Below are positions 1-9,145 of a stretch of DNA of 64,000 bases, piece by piece. The DNA comes from Flavobacteriaceae bacterium (GTDB lineage: Bacteria; Bacteroidota; Bacteroidia; Flavobacteriales; Flavobacteriaceae): positions 19,207 through 83,206 of the forward strand of contig JAHQVM010000020.1 of assembly GCA_019634365.1 (NCBI GenBank), read 5' to 3'. The position numbers were made by a program, and so were the translations under genes. Under the pieces are notes generated by a model. That model worked only from the letters and a program-made list of their open reading frames with translations, was not told where the DNA came from and made no database searches. Position 1 is the stretch's first letter, and each line of letters begins with the position of its first letter.

Positions 1-1302
1 GGTAAAAAAGGGGTAAAATACATTCAGAAAGACAAATTTAATCGTGACATCGGACCGTATAAGCAAAAAAAGTTCGACACCCTCCCCGATCGTGGTAAGG
101 ACATTACCTTAACTATCGACGCGGTTCTTCAGCAATACGGCGAAGAGCTTATGATCAACAAAAGAGGAGGGATTGTTGCCTTGGAACCTTCTACGGGAGA
201 AATACTGGCTTTGGTAGCTGCCCCTAATTTTGACCCTGCCTTGCTAGTAGGACGGGAACGTTCCAAGAACTTCACAAAGCTATACTACGATACCATTGCC
301 AAACCATTATTCGATAGGGTTTTGCAGGGAGAGTATCCACCCGGCTCACCTTTTAAGGCACTTACTTCTTTAATTGGATTGCAGGAAGGAGTCATTGATA
401 CCGAAGAACGAATTTCATGTCGCGGAGGATACAACTATGGGGGTAAAAAACCCTTGGGATGTCATGCGCACAGAAGTCCGTTGGCCATGGTAGATGGTAT
501 TGCGAATTCCTGCAACAGCTATTTTGCTACGGTCTACCGCAGGACAATCGATAAGTATGCTACTCCGCAAGAAGGAATCGACAACTGGAGAAACCATTTG
601 ACTAGCTTTGGTCTCGGTAACTATTTAGGATATGACCTGCCCGTTGGAAAAAAAGGGCTCATACCTACTTCAGATTACTACAATCGGTACTATCAGTACC
701 CTAAATACAAGTGGTACACTCCCGCAACCATTTCCAATTCCATTGGACAAGGAGAAGTACTCATGACACCCATACAAATGGCGAATTTTACGGCAACCAT
801 TGCCAACAGAGGCCATTACTACCGACCCCACATCATTAAAAGGATAGGAGGGGTTGATACCATTCCAAGTGAATACAGAATAAAACACGAAACCACGATT
901 AACAAGGAACATTTCGGGCCTGTGATTGACGGTCTGTTTGGAGTGTATGAAGATCCTCATGGCACGGCGCATAGGGTTCGGGTACCGGGTATTGAAATCT
1001 GTGGAAAAACGGGAACTGCCGAAAATTATACCAAAATTGATGGTGAACGTGTTCAACTTACAGACCACTCGGTATTTGTGGCTTTTGCTCCAAGAGATAA
1101 CCCTAAAATTGCCATCACCGTTTTTGTTGAAAACGGATACTGGGGAAGTCGTTGGGCGGCACCGATTGCTAGTTTAATGATCGAAAAATATATAAAGGGA
1201 ACCATCTCCCGAACCGATTTGGAAACCAAAGTTCTTAACGGGAGCTTGGAAGAAGAATATGCCAAACCTCATAGCGGGGAGCCCTTTACCATAAATCAGT
1301 AA
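1..1302 (+). CDS. mrdA: Penicillin-binding protein 2 transpeptidase (5' truncated by window)
   Basis: Frame is open from base 1 (GKKGVKYIQKDKF...). SxxK (GSPFK), SCN and KTGT motifs are present. Lies immediately upstream of rodA. Confidence 0.93.
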   Translation, partial: GKKGVKYIQKDKFNRDIGPYKQKKFDTLPDRGKDITLTIDAVLQQYGEELMINKRGGIVALEPSTGEILALVAAPNFDPALLVGRERSKNFTKLYYDTIAKPLFDRVLQGEYPPGSPFKALTSLIGLQEGVIDTEERISCRGGYNYGGKKPLGCHAHRSPLAMVDGIANSCNSYFATVYRRTIDKYATPQEGIDNWRNHLTSFGLGNYLGYDLPVGKKGLIPTSDYYNRYYQYPKYKWYTPATISNSIGQGEVLMTPIQMANFTATIANRGHYYRPHIIKRIGGVDTIPSEYRIKHETTINKEHFGPVIDGLFGVYEDPHGTAHRVRVPGIEICGKTGTAENYTKIDGERVQLTDHSVFVAFAPRDNPKIAITVFVENGYWGSRWAAPIASLMIEKYIKGTISRTDLETKVLNGSLEEEYAKPHSGEPFTINQ

Positions 1303-2562
1303 ATGAATACCTACACACGATACGTAAAATTCGACTGGATAACCATACTCCTTTATGTTTTGTTGGTAGGATTTGGGTGGGTTAATATTTATTCGGCTTC
1401 ACTGGATAACACAGCTACCAGCTTTTTCGATTTCACCCAAGTTTATGCAAAGCAGCTTTTATGGATTGGACTTAGTATTGCTCTCGTTGTCTTTATTTTA
1501 GCCATAGATTCTAAATTCTATGAGCGCTTCTCGAGTATTATCTATTTAGTGTCGCTATTGGCCCTGGTTGGCCTTTTTGTATTTGGGAAAAATATTAACG
1601 GGGCGACCTCATGGTATGCCATTGGTAGTGCTACGCTTCAACCTAGTGAATTTGCGAAAGCCGCTACGGCACTGGCATTGGGAAAGTACATTAGCGATAT
1701 TCAAACCAATATGAAGGAGTTTGGGCATCAGCTACGTGCTTTTTTAATCATTGCGATCCCTGCCTTAATCATAATTCCACAACCGGATCCTGGAAGTGCC
1801 TTGGTGTATGCCGCATTTATTTTCCCTATGTATCGGGAAGGATTGCATTTTGTATTCTTACTTCTTGGATTCTTTGCTGCTGCCCTATTTGTGGGTACGT
1901 TATTATTAGGGGTGCCGGGAATGGCCATCGCCATTGTTTTAACAGCCTTGTTGATCTATTTCTTCAAAAGAAGAAAACGAAAGACCCGTTGGGCTCCCTA
2001 TGCCATAGCGATTGCCACCTGTATTGGCTTTACCCTATCGGTAAATTACGTTTTCAACAATGTATTTGAACAACGCCATAGGGATCGGTTCAATATTGTT
2101 TTGGGGATCGAGGATGATAGCAAAGGTATTGGTTATAACACCAATCAAAGTGAGATTGCCATTGGCAGTGGTGGATGGACCGGAAAGGGATGGACACAGG
2201 GTACCCAAACCAAGGGGAATTTTGTCCCTGCACAACAAACCGATTACATCTTTACCACCGTTGGGGAAGAATGGGGCTTTGTGGGCGCTATGGTGGTGGT
2301 TATTTTATTTGTATTCCTCATTATACGACTTCTTTTTCTAGCCGAACGGCAGAAATCACAATTCAGCCGAGTCTATGGCTATAGTGTAGCTGCCATACTT
2401 TTTATTCATTTTGCAGTGAATATTGGTATGGTAACAGGACTATTACCTACCGTGGGAATTCCCCTGCCTTTCTTTAGCTATGGTGGATCTGGACTTTGGG
2501 GATTTACGATTCTGCTATTTATTTTCGTTAGGCTGGATGGCTCCAACTACTATTATACTTAG
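1303..2562 (+). CDS. rodA: Rod shape-determining SEDS glycosyltransferase RodA
   Basis: Multi-TM protein with QPSEFAK, QPDPGS, TDYIF..GEEWG and LPFFSYGGS SEDS motifs; abuts mrdA. Confidence 0.95.
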   Translation: MNTYTRYVKFDWITILLYVLLVGFGWVNIYSASLDNTATSFFDFTQVYAKQLLWIGLSIALVVFILAIDSKFYERFSSIIYLVSLLALVGLFVFGKNINGATSWYAIGSATLQPSEFAKAATALALGKYISDIQTNMKEFGHQLRAFLIIAIPALIIIPQPDPGSALVYAAFIFPMYREGLHFVFLLLGFFAAALFVGTLLLGVPGMAIAIVLTALLIYFFKRRKRKTRWAPYAIAIATCIGFTLSVNYVFNNVFEQRHRDRFNIVLGIEDDSKGIGYNTNQSEIAIGSGGWTGKGWTQGTQTKGNFVPAQQTDYIFTTVGEEWGFVGAMVVVILFVFLIIRLLFLAERQKSQFSRVYGYSVAAILFIHFAVNIGMVTGLLPTVGIPLPFFSYGGSGLWGFTILLFIFVRLDGSNYYYT

Positions 2563-2571
2563 GCCACAGGT

Positions 2572-3381
2572 TTACTTCCAATAGTCCAACGAAAGGGTGC
2601 TCTCGAGAGATTGTTCTAAGGGATCTGGTAAGTCTTTTAAAAAATCAATCCCTGTTTTAGTTTCAATTATATCGACCGTAGTGACAAAATCGAAATACGA
2701 TTGGCTGGTATCCCGATTGGGAATTAGAAAAGCAATGACTTTAGGATCCTTTTCTGAATGATCGACCACAATTTTATAGAACTCTTGAGGAATGGAAACC
2801 TTTTCATCTCCGATGGTTTTTAAACCACCGTGCAAGACACCTCCTGTGATCACGTAAACCCCATCATGTTCCTTTGCCCATCGCCGCACTTTCTGTTCCA
2901 ATCGGTTCCAAATACCCGAATTGAATTCGTGATTCTGTGGGCTTATATTACTAGTAAGAAAGGTTTCATTATATGCTTGGTAGGAAAATCGGCGGGCGCC
3001 TGCAGGACATAAATGCCCACGATCATATCCCGATCGTTTGTAATTTCGCCAATGAGCGGAACCGCTTTTTACCTTGTTATCCATTTCAAAATAGGGCCGA
3101 TCGAAATCATTATCCGATAGATGGGTTTTGGCTACTTCATAAGCCACCCATTCCGCTTGCTCATGCTCTTCCGAATACGAAAGGGTATAATAATTATGTT
3201 TAATTACCGCCCCTGTTGTAGAATTGGGCATATAATCCATGCCAAATTCTTCCGATTGAGAGGTATTTTCAACCACAGTATTCGAGGAATGGGATGGGAC
3301 GCGATCTACGTATTTTTCCAGAAAGAAAAGTCCTGTCGTAACTAATAGAACCAAGAGAATGTAGGTGTATTTTCGATTCAT
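2572..3381 (-). CDS. DNA/RNA non-specific endonuclease (NucA/EndoG family), N-terminally anchored or secreted
   Basis: YDRGH active-site motif and NISPQ..FNSGIWNRLE. Start placed at MNRKYTY, downstream of a TACCTTTG promoter box at about 3400-3407. Confidence 0.9.
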   Translation of the reverse strand: MNRKYTYILLVLLVTTGLFFLEKYVDRVPSHSSNTVVENTSQSEEFGMDYMPNSTTGAVIKHNYYTLSYSEEHEQAEWVAYEVAKTHLSDNDFDRPYFEMDNKVKSGSAHWRNYKRSGYDRGHLCPAGARRFSYQAYNETFLTSNISPQNHEFNSGIWNRLEQKVRRWAKEHDGVYVITGGVLHGGLKTIGDEKVSIPQEFYKIVVDHSEKDPKVIAFLIPNRDTSQSYFDFVTTVDIIETKTGIDFLKDLPDPLEQSLESTLSLDYWK

Positions 3382-3542
3382 CGGGTAAATTTCAAGTTCA
3401 AAGGTACACATTCAAGAATCTTGGTCAAAAAAAGTAGCATGCCCTTATCAATGAAGAAATATCAAGGCCTGACGTATGGTCGGAATTTATGAATCCCAAG
3501 AAACCTCCATATTAAAGAATCAAGAGTATGTTAAAGTTTTGT

Positions 3543-3550
3543 TACATTTG
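3543..3550 (+). promoter_or_regulatory. Bacteroidota -7 promoter box for the sensor kinase (possibly leaderless)
   Basis: TACATTTG matches TAnnTTTG and ends 4 nt before the ATG at 3555. Confidence 0.55.
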
Positions 3551-3554
3551 AATA

Positions 3555-5420
3555 ATGCGAAGATTATCCCCCTTTTTCTTATGTGCTCTTCTTTGTTTTG
3601 CCAGTTGTCAACAAAAAGAGAATAAGCTTTTAACTGTAGATGAGATACATTCTGTTCACCAAAGAATTGATTCTATATCTGAGGACTCCGTATTCTTAGT
3701 ATTGAAACAGTTGGAGGATGACCTGATCAACAAACCATCTTTGCCGGATTCCTTGCGTGCAGAAAATAATTATTTGCTCGGGAAGCATTATGAGCGTCTT
3801 ACCAAAATTGATAGTGCAGGATTGTTTTATTACAATGCTACAGAATACATAAAGGACTCTATTACAAAAGAGCGGGAAGGCTACTACTTTGCGTCTGCAT
3901 GGAGCGCATATTACAGACTTGGTTTATACGCCGATTGCCTCACGCTCTGCAAAAAATTCAAATCCCTGTTAGACCCCAAAACCCAGACAAAATCATTCTC
4001 CTGGGCACATTATTGGGAGCAGGTCACGTATCAGCAACTGGGAGATATGGTAAATGCTGAGAAGGCCATTGCCGAACAAGTGGCAGTGGCTCGCAAATAC
4101 GACACCATTAACTTGTATTCCGCTTTGATTTCTCAGTCAGAATTCAAATACTATCGCTTAGGAAACAAAAAAGAGGCTTATGGTATCCTAGAAAATTTAA
4201 TAGCCAACGAACACAAAGTCCCGAAAAGATACTTATCCTCCATCTACACAAATTATGGCGTTTACGAATATTATGCAGGAGATTATCGAAGTGCTCTCTC
4301 GAATTACCTGAAAGCGCAGAAAGCAGCGAAGGCATATGCTTTCGAAGACCCTGCAGAGCAACTCAATAATCTGGCCAATGGCTATAGCAATATCGCCGAA
4401 GTTTATATGGATCTCAATGATCATGGAAGCGCAAGAAAATATCTGGATTCTGTTCGCTCATTGGGGATCGAAAATTTTGATCGGGGAAAACAAAAGAATA
4501 TTCTGAATTATGAGTTGAGATATGCCATGGAGACTTCGAAGGATAGTAAGAATGTCACCTCAATTATCGAAGAGATCAATGCCCATCAGGATGAACTCTA
4601 TCAACAGAAAACCGAAAAGGAGTTATTAGCACTTACCAAGGCCAATGAAAAGGAAAAAGTATTGCTTATTCAACAGCAAAACGCACAGATTGAAAACTTG
4701 AAGCTTCAAAACAGATCCACCATTCTATTGGTTTCGATTGCATTATTGGGAATTATTGGGTTTTTGTTTTATCAGAGACGAAAGTTGAAATTCGAAAAGC
4801 AAAATCTTCAGAATCAGCAACGGTTGCTGCGTTCACAAATGAATCCGCACTTTACCTTCAACACGCTGTATGCCATTCAGAACCAAATAAAAAAGGAACC
4901 TGAAGCCGCCACCAATTACCTGCTTAAATTTTCCCGCTTGCTACGGTTGTTTTTAGAGAATTCTTTAGGAGATTATGTTGCATTGGAGAAGGAAGTGGAG
5001 TCCTTAAAAAAATATATGGACCTACAGTTGCTGCGTGTTCAGAAGCCATTTCAATATGAATTCAGCTACGAAAATATGGAAGAAGACGAACTACTATTTA
5101 TCCCGCCCATGTTACTGCAGCCATTCGTTGAAAATTCGATAGAACACGGATTTTCTGATATTGAACACACGGGTAAAATCACCATTACCCTCGCTCTACA
5201 AAATAAATTCATTGCTTGCACAATAGAAGACAACGGAAAAGGGTTATCCCATAAAGCAAACGACCAAAAACATTCTGTCTCCACACAACTTATTGCTAAG
5301 TTTATTAAAAAAAGCACCAAAAAAGACCTCGAAATTATTGATAAAGGAACATTGGATTCTGAAGGAAGTGGATTATTGATTCGATTCCTCATTCCATTTA
5401 AACTCACAGAACATGATTAA
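3555..5420 (+). CDS. TPR-containing LytS-family sensor histidine kinase
   Basis: Lipobox-like signal (FASC), TPR-like helical repeats, one TM helix, H-box SQMNPHF, PPMLLQPFVENSIEHG and IEDNGKG. Confidence 0.9.
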   Translation: MRRLSPFFLCALLCFASCQQKENKLLTVDEIHSVHQRIDSISEDSVFLVLKQLEDDLINKPSLPDSLRAENNYLLGKHYERLTKIDSAGLFYYNATEYIKDSITKEREGYYFASAWSAYYRLGLYADCLTLCKKFKSLLDPKTQTKSFSWAHYWEQVTYQQLGDMVNAEKAIAEQVAVARKYDTINLYSALISQSEFKYYRLGNKKEAYGILENLIANEHKVPKRYLSSIYTNYGVYEYYAGDYRSALSNYLKAQKAAKAYAFEDPAEQLNNLANGYSNIAEVYMDLNDHGSARKYLDSVRSLGIENFDRGKQKNILNYELRYAMETSKDSKNVTSIIEEINAHQDELYQQKTEKELLALTKANEKEKVLLIQQQNAQIENLKLQNRSTILLVSIALLGIIGFLFYQRRKLKFEKQNLQNQQRLLRSQMNPHFTFNTLYAIQNQIKKEPEAATNYLLKFSRLLRLFLENSLGDYVALEKEVESLKKYMDLQLLRVQKPFQYEFSYENMEEDELLFIPPMLLQPFVENSIEHGFSDIEHTGKITITLALQNKFIACTIEDNGKGLSHKANDQKHSVSTQLIAKFIKKSTKKDLEIIDKGTLDSEGSGLLIRFLIPFKLTEHD

Positions 5421-6153
5421 GGCCATATTAATTGACGACGAGTCTTTCGTGCGGGATGAAATCCGTGAAAAAATACAGCGAAATTTCGATAAGGAAATCT
5501 TGGTAGTTTCTGAAGCCGGTGGTGTTGAAGAAGGTATTACAGCTATTCAAAACAACGACCCCGACCTATTGTTTTTAGACATTAATATGGGCGATGGTAC
5601 AGGCTTCGATCTGTTAAAAAAGTGTGTGACCAAAAACTTCGATATCATATTCGTAACCGGCTTCGATCAACACGCCATTAAAGCCATAAAAGTGGGTGCC
5701 TTGGATTACATCTTAAAACCTATCGATGACGATGAGTTTAAAATTGCCGTTCAAAAAGCTATTGATAATTATCAAAACGAGAACAATCTTGAGAAACTCA
5801 TAGAAATTTCAAGCGATTACTTTCGGGGAGTGGAAAAAAAGCGCGTCATTCTTAAAACGGCCGACACGGTTTATGCCATTTACGAAGACGACATTATTTA
5901 TTGCCGTTCTGATGGGAATTACACTACGTTCTATACCCAGCAAATGGAAAAAATCGTGGTTTCCAAACCTTTGAAACAGGTAGAGGAGATTTTGTCCGAA
6001 GAAGTTTTTATTCGATGCCACCAATCGTATATCGTAAATAAGAAGCATGTGCTAAAGTATAGCAAACAAGGAGTGTTGGTAGTCCACCTAGATTTTAAAG
6101 TTCCCGTCTCCAGCCGCCGTAAGGATTATGCCCTAAAAAGGATCTTCAACTAA
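5413..6153 (+). CDS. LytTR-family response regulator
   Basis: Receiver domain (IDDE, LFLDI, DYILKP) plus LytTR domain (SDGNYT, FIRCHQSYIVN, VPVS). Overlaps the kinase stop by 8 bp. Confidence 0.93.
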   Translation: MIKAILIDDESFVRDEIREKIQRNFDKEILVVSEAGGVEEGITAIQNNDPDLLFLDINMGDGTGFDLLKKCVTKNFDIIFVTGFDQHAIKAIKVGALDYILKPIDDDEFKIAVQKAIDNYQNENNLEKLIEISSDYFRGVEKKRVILKTADTVYAIYEDDIIYCRSDGNYTTFYTQQMEKIVVSKPLKQVEEILSEEVFIRCHQSYIVNKKHVLKYSKQGVLVVHLDFKVPVSSRRKDYALKRIFN

Positions 6154-6246
6154 AAACGAATATGAAAAAAGCGAATACGAATTTGCAAGACGCGTGTACC
6201 AATACAAAAATACCGTTTAAAAATTCAAGAATATCGACTACTATTG
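6150..6246 (+). promoter_or_regulatory. 21-bp-phased direct repeats (putative LytTR boxes) plus -7 box
   Basis: Units at 6150 CTAAAAACGAAT, 6171 GCGAATACGAAT, 6192 GCGTGTACCAAT and 6213 CCGTTTAAAAAT are exactly 21 bp apart. TACTATTG follows at 6239-6246. Confidence 0.6.
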
Positions 6247-6275
6247 CTCCAGTATTAATCTAAAAATTGCGAATT

Positions 6276-7094
6276 ATGAAAAAAGCACTTTCCCTAGTAT
6301 GTATTGTCATATGCATGCTGTCCTTAGTTTCATGCGAGCAGGAACCAGACGAATTGTTTGTATCTGAAACTTCAGATTTAACTACCACAAGTAGTACATC
6401 GAAAATTCCTACTACAAATGCTTGTATAGGTAACACCGACCTATTCGAAGCACAGTTACAGTGGGTTTCAACTATCGCCGTGGCGGTTATTCAAGACCAT
6501 GCTCTTGCTGAAGCAGAGTTTTACAATGAGTACAATAGTAATGGCAATGTAATTGCTGTCGATCGACTCATTGGACCTAACGCCGTCTACCCAAATTTTA
6601 GTTTTGATTTCGAACAGAAATTATATTCTATTATTCAAGGTAATTACAACCCAAATAATTCTACCCCTCCACCTATTCCTCCACATATTGGCGGCCTTGT
6701 TTCCAATGATAATCCAACGTCATTCTTGAGCGGGCCAGCCACACACTTTGGAGGAGAAGATGAGACCATGGAATTGGTCAACGGTTTTTACAACACTGTA
6801 TTGACCGAAAACTGCATCGAATTATTCCTACCCATGGGATTGTCAGATCACGATACATTCGTGTATAGCTCTCACCCGCTGGACACTTCCGATTGCAATG
6901 AGGCCATACAGTCTGTAAAAGACTCTAATGGAACTTGGTGGGGCACCTCGACTTCGCCTACTGTTTTAAAAGAGCGCAATGGTATACCTCAAAACACCAT
7001 TATTGCCAGACCTGTTAGGAGCGGAACTACTCCAGAAGACCCATGCATGTACAATCAGTACAGCGGTATCGATTTCACTCAATTTTTAAACTAA
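6276..7094 (+). CDS. Hypothetical lipoprotein, paralog 1
   Basis: ATG at 6276 gives MKKALSL...LVSC lipobox followed by acidic EQEPDE. Collinear with the next gene. Confidence 0.85.
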   Translation: MKKALSLVCIVICMLSLVSCEQEPDELFVSETSDLTTTSSTSKIPTTNACIGNTDLFEAQLQWVSTIAVAVIQDHALAEAEFYNEYNSNGNVIAVDRLIGPNAVYPNFSFDFEQKLYSIIQGNYNPNNSTPPPIPPHIGGLVSNDNPTSFLSGPATHFGGEDETMELVNGFYNTVLTENCIELFLPMGLSDHDTFVYSSHPLDTSDCNEAIQSVKDSNGTWWGTSTSPTVLKERNGIPQNTIIARPVRSGTTPEDPCMYNQYSGIDFTQFLN

Positions 7095-7107
7095 AAACAA
7101 TTATATC

Positions 7108-7965
7108 ATGAATAAGACACTTTCCCTAACGTATTTATTAGCGTGTGTACTACTTCTCGTTTCATGCGAGCGAGAAACAGATGAAGTTTTCGAATCTGAA
7201 ACTTCCAATATCTCCAGTACCATTTCAAACGAAAAGAACCCAGACAATGACGCTAATGCCCTAACAGGTTTTAGTTGTTCGGGTACCACAGATATTTTCG
7301 AATCCCAATTGCAATGGGTATCTTCAATAACTGTAGCTGTATTACAAGACAATGCCCTTGCAAAAACCGAATTTTACAATGAATTCAATAGTAGTCCCGA
7401 CGGCACCATTGATATTGATAGGCTCATTGGTCCTGATGCTGTAAACATGCAATTTAGCGCTGACTTCGAGGCAAAGTTACTATGGCATATTAAGAATCCT
7501 TTTGGGCACCCAAGTACCACCAATCCTCCTCCGATTCCACCCCATATTGGAGGATTTACAAGTGATGACGACAACCCAACATCCTTTAACACAGAGGAGG
7601 CGAATGCTGGATTCACCTTTGAAGTTGGTGATCCCTACCAAGCAAAGCTCGAAGGCTTTTATGATACTATGTTGAATCAGAATTGTGTTGAGTTATTTAT
7701 TCCCAACGGATTGAATCATAGTGGTGAATTCTATTCCACTTCGCATCCCTTAACGACAGCAACTTGCAATGAAGCCATTAAGTCTGTAAAAGATATGTGG
7801 GGATGGTGGGGAGCTCAAACTTATCCATCTTCAGTCAATCAATGGGGGATTTTCAACAACCTTATCATCGCAAGACCCGAGAGAATAGGATTGGTATCAG
7901 ATCCTAGTAACCCTTGTGCTTATACTCAGTATCCAGGGATTGATTTTACTTTGTTCTTGAACTAA
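7108..7965 (+). CDS. Hypothetical lipoprotein, paralog 2
   Basis: LVSC lipobox and acidic ERETDE. Shares QLQWVS, DRLIGP, PPPIPPHIGG, NC.ELF.P.GL, SHPL, CNEAI, IIARP and GIDFT.FLN with the previous gene. Confidence 0.88.
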   Translation: MNKTLSLTYLLACVLLLVSCERETDEVFESETSNISSTISNEKNPDNDANALTGFSCSGTTDIFESQLQWVSSITVAVLQDNALAKTEFYNEFNSSPDGTIDIDRLIGPDAVNMQFSADFEAKLLWHIKNPFGHPSTTNPPPIPPHIGGFTSDDDNPTSFNTEEANAGFTFEVGDPYQAKLEGFYDTMLNQNCVELFIPNGLNHSGEFYSTSHPLTTATCNEAIKSVKDMWGWWGAQTYPSSVNQWGIFNNLIIARPERIGLVSDPSNPCAYTQYPGIDFTLFLN

Positions 7966-7995
7966 GAACAAAAGGATTATGAATTGCTATGAAAC

Positions 7996-8025
7996 AAAAA
8001 GGCCGTTCTCTAGAGCGGCCTTTTT
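7996..8025. terminator. Bidirectional intrinsic terminator
   Basis: AAAAAGGCCGTTC-TCTA-GAGCGGCCTTTTT between convergent genes. Confidence 0.85.
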
Positions 8026-9127
8026 AATTTTTTACATCCAAGACATCCCTTAGGGCATTCCCCATTAGCATAAAGGCTGTTACCAAACTCATAATGGCCA
8101 GTCCCGGAATAATGGCCAGATACGGCTTTCCTAAAATAATATAGGCATAATGATCTTTTATAATCCCTCCCCAACTGGGCATGGGCGGTTGTGCTCCAAT
8201 TCCTAAAAAACTCAATCCACTTTCAATAAGGATGGCACCGGCAAAATTGGCGGCAGAGATAATGATTACAGGCGCCAAACTATTCGGTAAAATATGTTTT
8301 GTAATGATCCTCCAATCGTTGTATCCCAGCGCCCTGGCCGCTGTTACATATTGTCGTTCCTTAACACTCAAAACTTGCCCCCTTACTACTCGGGCCACTT
8401 CTACCCACATCGTTAATCCTACTGCGATAAATACTTGCCAAAATCCCTTACCCAAAGCCAAGGTTATCGCAATTACCAATAAAAGTGTTGGAATGGACCA
8501 GGTAACGTTTATCAACCACATGATGGCAGCATCTACCTTCCCTCCAAAATATCCCGCCAAGGAACCAAAAAAGATTCCGATCACCAAGGAAATGAACACG
8601 GCGACGAATCCGATAGCCAAGGATACTCGAATTCCAATTAACATGCGGCTCAGCAAATCCCGGCCATACTTATCTGTACCCAAAATAAATTTCTTCTCAG
8701 TAATGTATTGGGTCTTGATATCTTGAGGACGCTGTACATTTCGAAATTGTGAAATGGGATATACTTTTGAAAGACCTGCGGTACCGTCGGGGGTATATGC
8801 TACAATTTCAACTCCATCTTCCACCAATTGATAACTCGAAATTGGGATTTCAGTAGTAGTGGTTTTCTTCCCTAAGAAAAACACAGCAATTCGATTCTGT
8901 TTTTCCTCCTCCGAGGGTATGGTAAGCATATCTACCGTGAAACCTGGTGCCTTGGAGTGAATGGATAAATGCATTTGATTGGCATTTTGGGAATTATCCG
9001 GAGCCAAAGCATAAGCAAAAATGGCAATTAGGGTGCATAGAACCAGGAATATAAAACTAAAAACGCCCCAAAAGTTTCTCTTAAACTTTTGGAGCGCTAG
9101 TTTACTTAATGAGGTCGATGCTTTCAC
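8024..9127 (-). CDS. Peptide ABC transporter permease (DppC/OppC-like)
   Basis: LGTDKYGRDLLSR, EAA-type loop (YVTAARALG) and KHILPN motifs; GTG start. Confidence 0.9.
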   Translation of the reverse strand: MKASTSLSKLALQKFKRNFWGVFSFIFLVLCTLIAIFAYALAPDNSQNANQMHLSIHSKAPGFTVDMLTIPSEEEKQNRIAVFFLGKKTTTTEIPISSYQLVEDGVEIVAYTPDGTAGLSKVYPISQFRNVQRPQDIKTQYITEKKFILGTDKYGRDLLSRMLIGIRVSLAIGFVAVFISLVIGIFFGSLAGYFGGKVDAAIMWLINVTWSIPTLLLVIAITLALGKGFWQVFIAVGLTMWVEVARVVRGQVLSVKERQYVTAARALGYNDWRIITKHILPNSLAPVIIISAANFAGAILIESGLSFLGIGAQPPMPSWGGIIKDHYAYIILGKPYLAIIPGLAIMSLVTAFMLMGNALRDVLDVKN

Positions 9128-9145
9128 ATCGTAAATGTAGCTAAA

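Noticed and set aside
2985-3030. Nuclease motif DRGHLCPAGA lacking the usual downstream Asp
   Set aside because: That position varies across the NucA/EndoG family, and the catalytic His and Asn are intact.
5220-5330. Degenerate G2 box in the LytS-type kinase
   Set aside because: H-, N- and G1-boxes are intact and this region is variable in the family; not enough to call a pseudokinase.
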